Positions 1 to 14,200 of a DNA stretch of 64,000 nt are shown piece after piece. Source of the DNA: Ramazzottius varieornatus (Eukaryota; Animalia; Tardigrada); contig BDGG01000009.1 in assembly GCA_001949185.1 (NCBI GenBank), positions 1,353,624-1,417,623 on the forward strand. Reading direction: 5' to 3'. The translations under genes were made by a program, and so were the position numbers. Position 1 is the stretch's first letter. Each line of letters starts with the position of its first letter. Under the pieces are notes generated by a model. It worked only from the letters and a program-made list of their open reading frames with translations, ran no database searches and was not told the origin of the DNA.

Positions 1-476
1 GCCCGATCGATAACCAAGGAGAACTGGTGCCATCACAGCTTTGGCCGTTGACGGTCGATGTCGTCAATGAGCCCTTCTGAAGAATGTACTTGTCATGGGA
101 ATGCCCGCCTGACTTTACTTACCATCCACAAGCCATCAAGTAGTCGACCAAAGGATTAGGTTACTTGACATGTCCTACACCCCCCAACCTCATTTGGAAA
201 AATAGCCCGCGCCTTCGGCATCTTGCCAAAGGCTTCTTACCCAGCTGACGAAGACTTAATCTTGTCGCAGTCAATTCTGCACATCGAAAAAGACAAAGGT
301 CAATCAACCAACCAACCAAGGAGGTATCGAGCTCCCCAAAAAATCCGCAGTGTGGCCCTTTCTCTACAAAGTTGTATGTCAGGCCCGTGCCCGGCACAAC
401 CCGGACTGATAGTCCATGAAAACTTCGTAGGAAAATGGGCAAATTGCGGACCTTTTGGGACCTCGATACGTCCTTG

Positions 477-504
477 CAACCAACCAACCAACCAACCAAC
501 CAAC
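477..504. repeat. (CAAC)7 microsatellite, probably intronic
   Basis: Seven perfect CAAC units; a shorter run lies near 305-318. Confidence 0.95.
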
Positions 505-585
505 GCTTGTCTGCATTTAAGCAAGAAACACGACAAATGGAATCAATGCCATGTCGGTTATTAACCTGCTTATTTTTGCCGGTAG

Positions 586-1917
586 CTGTACAGCACGAAA
601 GAGCGCCTCGTTCTTTCCCCTACAGAAGGAGTTCCTCCAACGCCTCTCCATCATGTGACGTCAGCCACACTCCCTTTTCGCTTTCGTCCCTCACTTCCCG
701 CTCCAGCGCCTTCTTCCCCAACGCCACTGAGCTATTCATGGACCGAATGTCGTCTTTGGCCATGCTCCATCCGCCCTACACCAACTCCTCTCAGACAGCC
801 TTTCTCTCCGGCCATGTTCTGCAACCAGTTCCGCTGCCAAGTAGAGCAGACTGCCTCCTGACTCCTGCACAAAATACCGCTGGTCCCAGATCGGTTACCA
901 TTGGTTCTTCGCACACCGCATTCACCCCATACCGTAGTAATAATGAGAGACGCACTGATAAACACCTACCGCCAACGTGTGGCGATGCCTCCATCATGTG
1001 CAGTTTTAATACAGCCATCACGGAAGCCCAAGCTGGTTGGCTGCTTTTCTCTTGTGTGCGCTGGGTTCGCGCCTTGCCCTCGTACCATCAACTTCCGACC
1101 GCTGATCAGATACTTCTCTTGCGCAACTCCTGGCTGGAACTCTATGCATTGACATATCTGACCACACTGAAAACCGGTAAGACTTACTTCACCATAATGC
1201 TCGAAAATTATCCCCGTAAATATTAATTACCCTAGTCCATTGGTTTCCAGATGCGAGGGAAGCGACCCTTTTGATAGAGCGCGCTCCCGTTGAAGCTCGA
1301 GGCTTCGCGTCGGCTATGGTCAAGTTGACAGAGCATCGTCTGGACCCAACCGAGATATCGTTGCTTCGTGCAGTTGCCTTGTTTCGACCAGGTACCTATG
1401 TTCATTCCACACTAAGAAGTTAAAAACAGACATTCTATGGGTATGGGGGAAAAGTCATAAAGTCAGCCAGGTGGTGCTGGAGCTGTAACGTTAGCCACCG
1501 AATATCAGGAGTAAGACATTAGCAAGCCTACGCTTTATAAGATGCGGCTAACTTTATAACCTCGGCCTACGCCGGCTAACTTTACAACTTTTCTCTTGTA
1601 TGCATGAATCGTAAATTATCAATATATCCATCAATGACGATGTATGCCAGCTCTTGTCTGAACTTTTGGACGAATGAAACTGTATCCTTCTAGACGTCAG
1701 AGGACTGAAAGAGAAGGCGCTGGTGGAGACGTTCCAAGATCAAGCCCAGCTGGTTCTAGCCGACCACACCCAGAGTAACAAGCTCCGCTTCGGCAAATTG
1801 CTATTGCTATTGCCGATGCTTCGAAGCCTGGATGCCCAAGGCCTTGCTAGTCATTTCTTCAAGAGCTCCGTCAAACCGGTGGATGTTCTTCTCACCGAGA
1901 TGAACTGTATGATGTGA
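586..1917 (+). CDS. Nuclear receptor, NR2E subfamily (tailless/PNR/dissatisfaction-like); hinge and ligand-binding domain only, DNA-binding exons presumably upstream of the window
   Basis: Exons about 586-1176, 1251-1391 and 1694-1917 with GT-AG ends. The post-DBD motif AVQHERAPR is typical of NR2E. LBD signatures: LLFSCVRWVRALPSY..L...DQILLLRNSWLEL, LDPTEISLLRAVALFRP, FQDQAQLVL, RFGKLLLLLPML. Confidence 0.85.
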
Positions 1918-2146
1918 CATGGTCTTCTTCATTTCAACCTTGGCCACCTAACTCAAGAAAACTGTTATCTTTGATAACTTGCGGTATGCAATAACCAAAA
2001 AGGCAATCTTTGAAATGTACACAACTATAGAGAAATACTGTACAACCCCATTATAAAAAGAGTTAAAACCGGAGACAATATGCGGACTGAGTACGCAAGA
2101 ACAAAAGCAGTTCCCCTTTTACTGGACAAGGCAAAAGTCGAGGGAC

Positions 2147-5142
2147 TTAGTCGGCCGAGTGAGTCCGTGGCATACTACCGGGAAGAGGATTCTGCTCTTG
2201 GTGAGTCAGCTTTAGAACAGCGACGCCGCCACCCAGGCGACGGTAGTTCATGGTGGCACAAGGACCTGTTGGAAGCGCAAGAAAAGGCATTGATATCAGC
2301 CAGCAGCTTTCTTCACAAAGACAAAGTTGGAACTTACGCCATAAGTTAGTTTCCGGATCGAAGACTTCGGCCGAGCGAAGGTAGTAGTTGCCATCGAAGC
2401 CACCCACCTGTACAATTGTTCCGTTCAGTAGTAACCATTTCCAAAAGCACACATTTACAGCGTCACAAGACAAGGCAAAAGCAAAATGGACACAACAGCA
2501 CCGGTGGCAGATCAGCCTACTGGCTAGTCGCCATTAGCCATGGCTCATGGGTGACTACATGGGCGCAAAGGTAACCCAAAACCACTCGTAGCCCATCCAA
2601 TCAAGGGGAAGGTAGCAGGCAAGTCATTACCAGACGGTACATTTTATGCGGTGGGCACCCACCATCACCACCTACCGCGAAGATGAGGCCATTGACTACA
2701 GCCAGACCCACACCGCTCCTGCGGCAGTTCATGGCCACGATGGGGTCCCAAGTGCCACTTCGGGCGTCAAAGCGCTCGCACGAGCTCAGTTCGGTATGGT
2801 CGTCCCTGAAGAAGACAACATGACCAGTCTACTTTACTACTGAGGATTACAGCGGCTTTCAAATGGTAGAAGTTGCCTACCTTCCGCCAACTGCGTACAA
2901 ACTTCCGTTCAGCACGGCACAACCTAGATGCTTCCTTTTGGTCCCCATTGGTGTAACAGTCTGAATCACAGCACAATGTGGCTGTTATTTATCAAGAGGA
3001 TCAAAAGGGTCTGAGATGCATACCTGCCACCGATTGGTTCGGGGGTCGTACTTTTCTACCGTGTTCAATGGATTGCCGCCTGCGAAGTTTGACGTTAGCA
3101 CATTGGGCCACCCAGGTCAGCGCTCAACGAGCAACAAAGTGCTGAATACTTCTCACCATCGGATCCTCCACAAGCGTAGAGGAAGCCGTTGAGGACGGCC
3201 ACGGCCACCCCTAATCGCTTTGCACTCATGGAGGCAACCTTGGACCACCGGTTGGAGGCAGGATCATATCGCTCCACCAAATTGAGGCAAGATACGCCAT
3301 CCTGGAAGAAGACCGGCTGTCACAGTATTCTCATGGAACAGTCTTCAGACTCAGCACCGGTCATGAAGAACCTCATGAAGTATGGTAGGAAGGCTTGCCA
3401 TCATACCTGTCCGCCCACCGCGTACAGAAAGCCATCCATCACTGCCACACCAACGCTAGTCCGGCAGGAAGAGGTGGGGGCAATGTCGACGCTCCAAATG
3501 TTGGTTTGAGGATCATACCTAATACAAAAGCCCCCTAGTTAGTCTTCACCAAGCAGCCCACACTTTCACATATACTCTATGTTGCAATTCTTTATGCAGA
3601 GTCGAGCTGACCTTTCGACAGAGTTGAGGTAAGACTGGCCGTCATGTCCACCGACAGCGTACATCAAGTCGTTTAATACTGCTACTCCGACGCCGCAGCG
3701 TCGTTTAGTCATTGGAGCCATCAGTTTCCATTCGTTCGTCTGAGGATCGTATCTCTCGACGGTAGAAATGGCGTCACCACTGCACCATCCACCTGAAAGG
3801 ACCTACAGCCTCATCCAAGTTCAACCATCCGGCTTTCAACTCGAACTTGTTTCATTTCCGCTTCAACGTTTCTGAATAATCGGAATGTCACTTACCGACT
3901 GCGAAGAGTACTTCTCCGCGAAGAATAGGCTTGCGAGGACGAGTGCGGGGACCCTGCATAGCTCCTCGCTCCGTTGGAAGAAGGAGATAGTTCTTGGCTG
4001 GAACAAACAAACGAATTTTCACCATCCATGATATAGGTAAACGTTGATAGAGACGCAAGACTAACCTTCATCCAACAAATTTCTGACAGCTTCATCGCCC
4101 CTGACCAGAGTTTCCTGGCTGACAACATTGACCAAGAACTTGGGCGTCAGTAGGCAGAAGCGAATGTTTTCCAGCACGGAGGAGACCTGGCTGCATCGTT
4201 CCTTGACGTCGTACCTCAACCATGCCACCGCAGCCTGCAACAACAGCACAAAGCTTCCTTCATCCTCCCCAGCATGAGTTTATAATAATGACATACCTGG
4301 TAGACCTGTTCCTCGCCGCGCACATTCAGTTCATCGCTGGCTGTAAGATACGGCATTAGACACATCTTGTCTTCCCCATCAAAGACAAGCACAGTGTTGT
4401 CAGTTATGTACCGATCAGGTCGATTAACTGGCCAACCGGAAGTAGCAAAAACTCTTCGCTGACCATGACATCGACAAAGTTCTGCTGGGCGAAGCGGTTG
4501 GCGGCCTTCAGCAGGTCGCGACAGGCATAGGCGTCGGCGAAAGAGCGAATGCCCAAGCAGTTTGAGGGGTCCAGCTGTTTCTTCAGAAAATCGCAGCAGT
4601 TGTCTTGAATCTCTTGCATCTGCAGTAAACATGCTGCAGGCAGCAGAGTTTGCACGTTCCTTTCTTCGATGCAAATTTTGCCGCAGTAGGCAAACTCGAT
4701 CAAGTCTTCCACAGCCACTTCGTCAATGTCGTGGAGTGTCACTTGCGTCTGACGACTCTCGGACAAGTCCCCCGTGAACATGGCGCGGAAATATGGACTG
4801 TAATTACAGACGATGGCATATCGCATTAGATCACCCCAATCACATCTTTTCTTCCTCTTATCAAAGACGATAATATTGTTGTTGGTTACGGTACCTGCAG
4901 GCTGCCAGCACTGCTCGGTGTGCCAATATCTGCCTGTCGTTGATGTTTATGCTGATATCACACAGCTCGTGGCTCTTCCTTAAGCCACTCAGGGCTTCGA
5001 GGACGTCTCGAGGGTGCTTTTCCGATATGTAGACTGTCTTGACTGGAGCAGACATGAATTCAGCGGACGACACGTCGGGAACATTGTGCAGACCAGGTGG
5101 CATGGACGGCAGTCCCGCAGTCAAGTTAATGCTCCCAGCCAT
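2147..5142 (-). CDS. KLHL20: Kelch-like protein 20 / diablo (BTB-BACK-Kelch CUL3 adaptor), multi-exon
   Basis: ATG at 5142. BTB: [28 protein letters not shown]: [14 protein letters not shown]. Kelch repeats: [23 protein letters not shown]. The C-terminal [12 protein letters not shown] matches KLHL20. Stop at 2147. Confidence 0.92.
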
Positions 5143-5849
5143 CTTTCTTCCCAAGTGCAGGGCCTACAAAATTCATAGTGAATTAAATCAAGCGACCATA
5201 CTGATTTAGTGGTAGCGACACAACACAAACAGGCGCTTCCTGATAACAACAGTGGCTACAACTTTATGTCTCGAACAACTCACCTAATACTTTGATGAGG
5301 GTCTCTGTCGACGATGGTATCGGACGAAGGTAGTACCTGTGTAGGTTGAAATAGCCCCGAGCAGGAGGATTCCTCCGGGGCAAAGCTAGCCCGTCTTGCT
5401 GCACCTCCCCAAGCTCTGTCTTCACCCACGCAGTACACGCAGACTTGGACACCTTCGTTATCCCCTCAAGGAGAAGCGATGCTTTGGTATTCCTGGATAT
5501 TGCGGCGTCCAGACCTCAGATGAATGGGAGTGCACGGGGAAAACAAGCTGGCAGGAAACCACTAGAGAAAGAAGCTTTCACTTTTGATGAAATTCGGTCT
5601 AAAGCTTATCGTTATGACCTACACTCTGGCACGAGCTTATCGTGATTGTCACTGCCGTCTGTGATATCATCGACATGCTGGAAAGCTAGAGAATTCAAAA
5701 CATTAGGATGATTGCGGATTGAATGATGTCAGACGCTACTTCAACCAAAAGGAGGTGTAGCCGCCCACATTTATTGCTACAAATGGCAACTTCACTGCTT
5801 GAGTTCCCACCAGTCACCGATTCGCTTTGTGACTCATACAAGCTGCCAT

Positions 5850-8800
5850 AGTGTGATGTAACTTGACCCAGCACTAGACTGAAATCACCGAATCCGTTAG
5901 CGCAAGATCTGCAAGAGCGCACCTAAATCTTTTGCAATTACCTGCTGGCGTGCTGGACGAGAAATATTGGTAGTCTTGCGACTGTCGAGTCTGCTATCTG
6001 GGCATGAGATGTACTCCATTATCCTGGAATGTAGATTGAGAGGAGCCGTCCTAACGATGTGAAGGAGCGGCAGCGGTAGTAGGTGCGCAGGACTCCTTGG
6101 ACCAGTGGATCAACTCAACAACTGTCTCACCAACTCTGCTCCTTACCAACTCGCTGAACCTCCAACCGCACTTGGCCTCTGGATAAACACCGTCAGCAGG
6201 AGATCGGTAAGTTCAGCCCTTGATATTACACTCTGACTGTCGGTCACAGATTCGGACTTGCAGCTATTAATTTGTGGCAAGAAGCTGCCAAAGAAGAGGT
6301 GCTTGATATTACCCGTCTCAGGGTTGCGAGGAGGAGGCTGGGGCGCTTGATGTCCTTCATTCCTGCGGTAGCTTTGCGGCTGAAGGCAGTCTCCAAGTTA
6401 GTACTGAGCGAGATGACGGATATATGGTCAAAAGGCCCAGACTGTGGAGGTTATATATTTCCTAGTGGGAAGGTGAGGTCCATCGATCGGTGGCGACGAC
6501 AGTCTGGTAGATCTGATGGCTTGAGATTGATCTCTGTAGTCTGGTCAGATACCCGGGTATGATGCAATGACTTGATCTGGAAAGGTTCATGGTCATGGGT
6601 GGAGTGGGCCTCTGTAAGGTGGATGTACGGGAGATGTGAGTAGCAGCTTATGACTTAAGGGCTCGATGGCCGCTCTAGGTTTGACACTTGAGAAGCTTCA
6701 TCAGGCTATATAGCTCTTCGCACCTGTGCCAGGACATATCTGGCAATCTCTGGCCGACAACCAGCCAGCATGCTGTTGTTGGTGTCACACTGACACTCCG
6801 ATGGATAACAAGGGTCGGCCAGCATTCTTCGTCTGTAGTTGCTATAATATCGTCATCTTGTCTTCTGTTGTCTCTGCAGGGCTATATATTGACAGCTTCG
6901 CAACTGCACCTACCGCCTTGCCGTGGATGTCTTGCCAGTTTTCTGCCTGGGCCGGGGTGTGGAGGCTAAACGGCCCATGAATCTTGATGTTAGGTACGCT
7001 AATGGTGTCCCAATGCTGATGGGACTTTCGCCCAGTCTTGCACAGTTTGTAATTGTGCTCTCCCCCTTGGCTTTGAATTCTATCCGCAACTTAGTTGGAA
7101 AGGGTACAGTTTATGTATATAGTTATATGCATTCTTCAGTTGGTGGTATGTCTCTTGCTTGTGGGGTAATGGTCTTCATGCTGTTGTTGGAATGAGTGGA
7201 AATGGCCGTTTGCAGGGCGGAAGTGGACAAGTGGTGGTTGAGGAGGGTCGTCTCTTTTGTCCCAACGAACGGTCAAGATTGACGATGGACTGAGATGATG
7301 GAGCAAGATCGTGAGGGCCTCAATGACTGTGCATGGCACTGTCAAAGTGCATGCTTCCGCTGCTGCTCGTGCTGCTATAGTCCGCCACTGGCACCTTTCT
7401 TACTTGCTGCAACTTGGATTGCATCGACCAAGGTGCGGTAACATGTAGGCCTAGACACCTTGCATTTGTCTCCTGGGCTTTGACAGTTCTCCCTCCACGC
7501 CGTAATGGTCGCTGGCGCCGGCCATTTTGCAATAGACTTCCAGCTCTTTGCCTTTACTTATCTGCCGCTCGTCATTTGACACTATCATAGCTTTGCGCCC
7601 TATTATATGACGACATTACCAAAGTTACTATCGTACAAAACCGAGGTGTTAAATTGTCGGTATGACTGCCGACTTGTCTTTATGCGCTTTCCTGTTTGAA
7701 GATTTTGAAGAGGAGGCAACCAGAAAAGTCTTTTCTGTTGTGCTATGGACGGTCCCGTTTTCTTTCCTGACTGTGAGTGGCGGCACCAAGAAGCCTCAAC
7801 TGGGTTGAGGCTTCTGCACACTACAAGAAATTACGCTTGGCAGGCAGGAAATTCATCATTCATCATGTTGCTGTTTTGGATTTCTGGTACACGTGTTTAA
7901 TTATGCAATATACTGTAATGTGTTTATACATGGCGAAGGCTGAAGGTCAGCGCGACGCCGTCTTTTATCTCAACCTGAGAAGCTATATATCGGTTGGAGT
8001 GACGAGCTGTCATGCACCATGCTTTGCCATCTGACAACTGTAGTGTTGAGTTGAAGATATTGCATCTTTGCGACGCATCAACTGAAGGTATGTTTTGTTG
8101 TTGCAGCTGTGCAACTCTGCCATATTCTCCGATAAGGCCAAGAGGCAAGCTGGGGACGAACAAGCTGGAATGAACGGACCTTAAGGAAGCTCATCCTCTC
8201 AAAGGTAAGCGCTCTCCCTGACAGCCACAGCAGCCCCACAGTCTCGAGGGAAGAAGCCTGGCATTTGGGAGATATTTCTGATTAGGCGTCTTGTCCAAAA
8301 TGGGAAGCTGATGTCTTGGTTAAATCAAAGGCTAGATGTACTTGTCGTCCGGTGTATGATAGAACAATTGATTATCAGGATAACATTGTACGGTAAATGG
8401 ATCCATCGACGACAATCATAGTTTTGTGGTGAGGAACTTGACCCTGCACAATAGACTTGTCGCTGTCGAATTGAAGGCTACAACGTGACAGCCTTGTTGA
8501 GAAGAGTGTCAATTATGATAATGGCACACTGAAGGATAATATGCCGATCAGCCACTGCTGTACGAGTAGTAGCACCTCGCCACCATCAAGGTCGCCGCGG
8601 ATGGCGCTTGTTGTTCTGATATATCGTCAGATATTCAAGCTGGAAAATTCTAGTGTGCCTTGTCAAGCTCTATGAAATTTAAAGCTGTGAAAGGGTTGTT
8701 TGCTCGCTGTGTTTACTCTGACATTGAGCCTGGTTTGCCACAAGAGCCATCTTGCAAACAACGATCTGCCTTCGGACTTGCTTGCTGAGATGACTCTTGG

Positions 8801-10620
8801 GAAGTAGGCGTCAGCTTTTGTCATGGTCCCACCAGGTCCCCTTGCAAGCTTTCAAACCTAGTGTGCAACGGGCTTGGATGAGTTGAAGGAGATTCAATGA
8901 TGGTGACTGCAGATGAGGGATACATGTGGAAAATATGATGCGGAGACCATGATTTGCTTCGAGCCGGACAATGGCAGTATGATCATCAAGGTCGAGGTGG
9001 TTAAGAGGGTCCTGATATGGACAGATATCAATGGTAGGGAGGAGCGATGGACTGAAGGTTCGAGTTACGAGGAGCCAGAGGACGACATGTCTTCACATCG
9101 ATCTCGGGTGTCGGGGGGGGGGGGGNNNNNNNNNNNNNNNNNNNNNNNNNNNNNNNNNNNNNNNNNNNNNNNNNNNNNNNNNNNNNNNNNNNNNNNNNNN
9201 NNNNNNNNNNNNNNNNNNNNNNNNNNNNNNNNNNNNNNNNNNNNNNNNNNNNNNNNNNNNNNNNNNNNNNNNNNNNNNNNNNNNNNNNNNNNNNNNNNNN
9301 NNNNNNNNNNNNNNNNNNNNNNNNNNNNNNNNNNNNNNNNNNNNNNNNNNNNNNNNNNNNNNNNNNNNNNNNNNNNNNNNNNNNNNNNNNNNNNNNNNNN
9401 NNNNNNNNNNNNNNNNNNNNNNNNNNNNNNNNNNNNNNNNNNNNNNNNNNNNNNNNNNNNNNNNNNNNNNNNNNNNNNNNNNNNNNNNNGTTTGGGGGGG
9501 GGGGGGGGTGATTTGATGAATTAAGTTGAGGCTTCTTTGCTGATGGACAAAGTGGCTTAATTGAGGTACGGTGAGGCGGGAGGATGGGTTCTTTCTTTCT
9601 CCGCCTGGCACTGCAGTGAAAGGTCTAGTCTGTAAAACTGTCAACTGAGTGATGTGCGGCAAGCCACTTCATTTTTGTCTGGCTGACGAAGTAGGCGAGT
9701 CGATCATGCAGGTGACTCTTAGGTCGATCGACGTCTCAACGAGCTGTGGTCACGTTCGGCTTGGCTGGCGCCATTGTTGCGCCCTGCGCTCAACATCTTT
9801 CCGGCCGACTAGTTGCAGAGTAGGAATATGATCATAGACTGGGGCACTTTACCGTACCTGGGGCTACAGTTGTGTTATGGCATATTATACTTGGACGGGT
9901 CGAGCGGGCTCTTTAGGTGCGCCATACACTGTGATTATACGTCCATTAACTGGTCCAGCCAACGGATATATTCCTTCTGTGTGTGTGCTGAACAGATAAT
10001 CACTTTTCTTTGATGTACTTTCCATCGAATTATAGCCCAGAGGATCAGCGCGGTCTCATGTCTTGCTGTGGGGTGATGGGCATCTTTCAAGCATATCGCT
10101 GAGTGGATTCATTACGCTTCGACATTGTTTTCATTGGACATAGATATAATGACGCTAACAGGTAACGGCAAGCCAACCGAGCTGTGATCGACGGTTGTCT
10201 GTCTCCCAGGAAATTTGAACTATCTTCTTGGCAAGTCAGTCTAGTGTTTTTCGGGAGAACGAGGCGAAAGATTGAGTGCGGCGGTATGAAGAGGCTTGAG
10301 CCTATACTGTATATTATGCAGACAATTTCATTTTGATGTTGTCCTTGTCGAGTGGCTGGTGCCGTTAGTGTTTAGTCTAGGGATCAATTTGAATGAGCAA
10401 AAGATTGCTACATAAACACCGGCTGACGAGGCGTGACAGGTCCCTTGGAATTCTCTCGGCGGAACCGGAACCGGTACATGGTACAATGTGGTGGAGTGGC
10501 AAGTTTGATATGCTATGAAGCCGTGTTGGAAATATGTGAAGTTGTTATTGTGGCTGACGCTGTGTGAATGCATTTTGCTTCTCTTATCTGGCTTTGCACG
10601 GTCATAACTGCTCTTGACCA
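5850..10620 (-). mobile_element. Highly degenerate non-LTR (LINE-like) retroelement remnants, possibly several nested fragments
   Basis: No long ORFs and no exon/intron structure in an otherwise gene-dense window. Minus-strand fragments resemble APE endonuclease motifs (IRGDLDGGEVLLLV at about 8558-8602; MIVVDGSIYR at about 8390-8419). Weak RT-like remnants lie at about 5910-6110 (AKDLGALL). Boundaries are approximate. Confidence 0.35.
9126..9489. other. Assembly gap (N run) flanked by poly-G tracts
   Basis: Ns at 9126-9489; G13 at 9113-9125 and G15 at 9494-9508. Confidence 0.99.
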
Positions 10621-11293
10621 TCTACGGTACTCTAGATGGTTTGGAGCAGACTTGACCGAAGCCAACGTCTGACCTCCAAGACATGCTTTCTATCGCTCCT
10701 CTCTGCTCGTTCAAATTGAAAACTGCTCGGCTACATCAGCTCGTCTTCGGTCGAGCTTCAAAAGATGGTCCATGTATCGTCTTTCAGCTTGTTTTTCCAT
10801 CGTCTTTGTACGCTGCCTCGTTCGACTGTGTCAGATGATAACCGCCACAAGTATAAAATATTCGTCTTTTCCAATCTGCTAGGCTCATTTCTTACGGCTA
10901 TAATGACTGAAAAATGAATAGTGAGAGATTTGTTCGCAGCGTTTGCAGTTAAACATTGCATGTTAGTGGCTAGTATTTTTGGCCTCCGGTGCATATTGAA
11001 ATTTGTGTTTTTTTCTTTGCAGTGAGTAGATTATTATTTGGTCAACAGGTGAAAAAGTCGGTTGAACTTTGTGAAGGTCGCTTTGAGAATGTGTCCGTGC
11101 GCCTATTGGCTCGAGGGGTGAAAAAGCGAGTGGCCGAATGTTTTATTGCTTAGTTATCCGTAGGTGAAGTTGGCTAGACGTGCTACTTCTTTTTCTCGAT
11201 GGTGGTGATGACATTGTACTGGTATGTTATGGTCTTTTGCAGATTACCCCGTCTTGCTGATTGTCAAACTGTTTGGCACCTGGCGGCGTCGTC

Positions 11294-14200
11294 ATGAAAT
11301 CAAGCAGAACAAAAGTGGCCGCTGCAACATCGTCAAAGAGTGAGACGATCCTACGGAACCCCGTCAGCGCTAGCAGCAGCAGCACAAGCTTGGCTGCACT
11401 GCGGGCTTTACGAGCCGGCAACTGCACCACACTACCGGCCCGAGGTCCCTCGGTAAAAAGTAGCGAAACGACGGGTAGCATCAAGACAACGAAGCGAACT
11501 GTCGAGGGTAAATCCATCAAGAAGCACTTTCTCAGCAAGAGCTCTGATAGCTTGTCGGCCCTCAGTAATCTGGCCCACAAGAAGGCCAAAAGCCAGACTG
11601 TGGCCGTCCTCGTCTCTCCTTCGCCGCAGTCGCAGTCGCGGGGTATTCGTCATCCTGTCGCCACTGTCAGGAAAGATAAGGAAGGCAGTCTTATCGGTGG
11701 CACTGTGCTGACTTGTTCCGCTTCGTGCAGCCATGGCCTCACCGAGCAGGCTAATAGCTCGCAAGAAATGCGCCGATCTGTCAGTAGTAATTGCCTCGAT
11801 GGTCCCAGCAGTGTAGCCAGGGCTGGGGCTGCTGGAACAGATCGGCGGCTGTCCATTACTGCCCATAGCCAACTTGTCGAGGAGATGATGCCCTCCATTT
11901 CCTTGCTGGCTTCACACTTGACGCCCTCGCAGCCCGGCGTTACGCTGGTCTCGGCTGGGACACAGACCGACGACGCCAGAAAGGCCCAAGCTCAGACGGT
12001 ATGCGCAACGGACAGTATGACGGCCCATCAGCTTGGCGAGATGGAGTTTGAGAGTTTGTTGGCGGAACACTCGCAAATGTCCCAGCAGTTGTCGGACTTG
12101 TGCAAAGTCGAGCACAGCCATGGCGGCACTGGACATCAGAGCTCGGCGGACTACCTAAGTAGCATGGACGGGGAGGGCATGTCGGAAACGGACGCTGGCG
12201 GTGCCCTGGCCAAGTCCAATCAGTCCATCAACGACTGGGACGCCCAAAGTAACATTAGCCTCTGCAGCGAACCCTCACTGGCCGGCCTACAGGTACGTCA
12301 AAGACATGTGTGCACAGTGTACGACAAAATTGACCGTTCAAAATGGGCGTAACACTGCAGCTAGAGCTTATGTACAACTCAGCCAATGAGAATTATATTT
12401 TGCTGCATGCGCAAATTTCATTGGCTTTATCCATCTGGCTCCATCCAACACCCATTTTTAACGGTTTATTTTGTCGTACACTATACTCGTCATATTTTGC
12501 CTCATATCTGTCCTCTTCATCTGTCCCTAAACTTTGAAGAAATTGCAAAACATCTTGGAAAAGTCCTGACTGAAAGTCATGTGAAGGCGGAACTCAGAGC
12601 GGAAGGGAGACGTGGATTTGAAGGTGGTTTGTTTGCAGGATCGGATTCAGCAGATGGAAGAGAATCACCATTCGACGCACGAAGAACTGCAAGCCACGCT
12701 GCAAGAGCTGTCGGAGATGAGTGACTTGGTGGTGGCTTACAAGAAGGAGAACGACGTGCTGACACAGGAGAAGGAGCTGCTGGCGGAGAAGGTGCACGTC
12801 TACCAGACACAAGCAGACTCGTTGAAGAAAATCATTTACCGCCAGTCGGCCGGCGACGAGAATTCCTCGCCGGAAGAAGGCAGCAGTCAGAAGGAGAAGA
12901 CGCTGGTCGATCTGATGAAGGGGCTGCAAGAAGAGAAGGAGGAACTGCAGAGCCACTTGGATGGGGCGCTAGAGATTAATAGTAAGCTGACGGCGGCGCT
13001 CGAAGATACTCAGAATAAACTGCACAATTTGGACCAATGGTGTGATCAAGTGGAGACGGACAAGAAGCAGGCCGAACGAGATGTGACAAGCGCTCGAGAA
13101 GCCGCAAAGAGACTGGAAGCGGAAGTGGCTCGCTATGCCTCACAATTGGACAGCGAAAAGTATAAAGTGGCACAGTTGGAAGCAGTGGCCAAGGTAAGCA
13201 CAACTGGAGCGACTTCTGACAAGCGCCGTGGCGGACAGAAGGTCTTGTCCGTCATGCACATATATACAACTGGCTGCCGTTCACTACGGGCTGCATGTAG
13301 GTAGGCTTTTGCCGTTGCGTCCTCTGGTTTTTATATGCTTCTTTTTGCTTGCGTTAGACCACGTCGAAAGCCGAACTGGAAGATCTTCTCGACCACGTTC
13401 GCCAGGAGAAGAACCGTTTGGATGAAGAGCTGGCCAAGGCCAAGGACTGTATCAACTCGCTGGAACGCGACTTGGCGGCAGTACAAGCCAGTCTGAAAGC
13501 CAGCGAAGACAAGAAAGCCGCTCTGGAAGTCAGTCTGGCCACCAACGCTCAAGAATTTGCTCAAAGATTACACGTCAAGGAAAGTCAGTCGGGAGTTCTG
13601 CAAGAAGAAATTTGCCGCCTCAAGAAGGAACTTGACGATCTGGAGCTGAACGGCCACACCAAGGACCAGCAAGCCAAACAAGTGTCCGAGCATTATGAAA
13701 GCCTTAAAGAGCAGGTAAAACTGGGGTGAAATGTGACTCGGAAGTGAGACAGTGGAACATTGGCAAGCTCAAGACGCAATTTGACGACTCATGTTGTTTA
13801 TGGCCCACCAGAATAGAAACCATGGCTTTAAGTCATTAACGTTGCGCAAGATGTATCATGGTTTCTATTTGAAGTTGTTGGGTGCTAGTTTTCGCCCCCT
13901 TTCTTATTTTACACGAAATGTGTTGTTGTTTGCAGTATTTGCAAGAGCAGAAGCAGTGGAGATTCTTTCAAGATGACCTGCTGACAGCGGTGCGAGTGGC
14001 CAACGATTTCCGCACCGAGTGTGAGCTGCGAACCAAGAGCACGCTGGAGGAGAATCAGCTGTTGAAGCGGAAAAATGACGACTTGACAGTTGAATTGGAG
14101 CGGTTGAAGGCGAAGAAGGCTGCGTCGCCGCCCAAGCCGCTCTTGACCATCGACAGTGAGAGCCGGCCACGCCTTGATCCACTACCCCTCCTTCGTTCAC

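Noticed and set aside
1-160. Minus-strand splice-like signals suggesting a nested gene at the window start
   Set aside because: Too short and no recognisable protein motif.
520-585. KWNQC / CRLLTCL resembling the second nuclear-receptor zinc finger
   Set aside because: The pieces are in different frames with wrong spacing, and they sit just before a good phase-1 acceptor at 585. More likely intron; a degraded DBD cannot be fully excluded.
8913-9662. ORFs of 161-203 aa containing X runs
   Set aside because: Artefacts of translating through the N gap.
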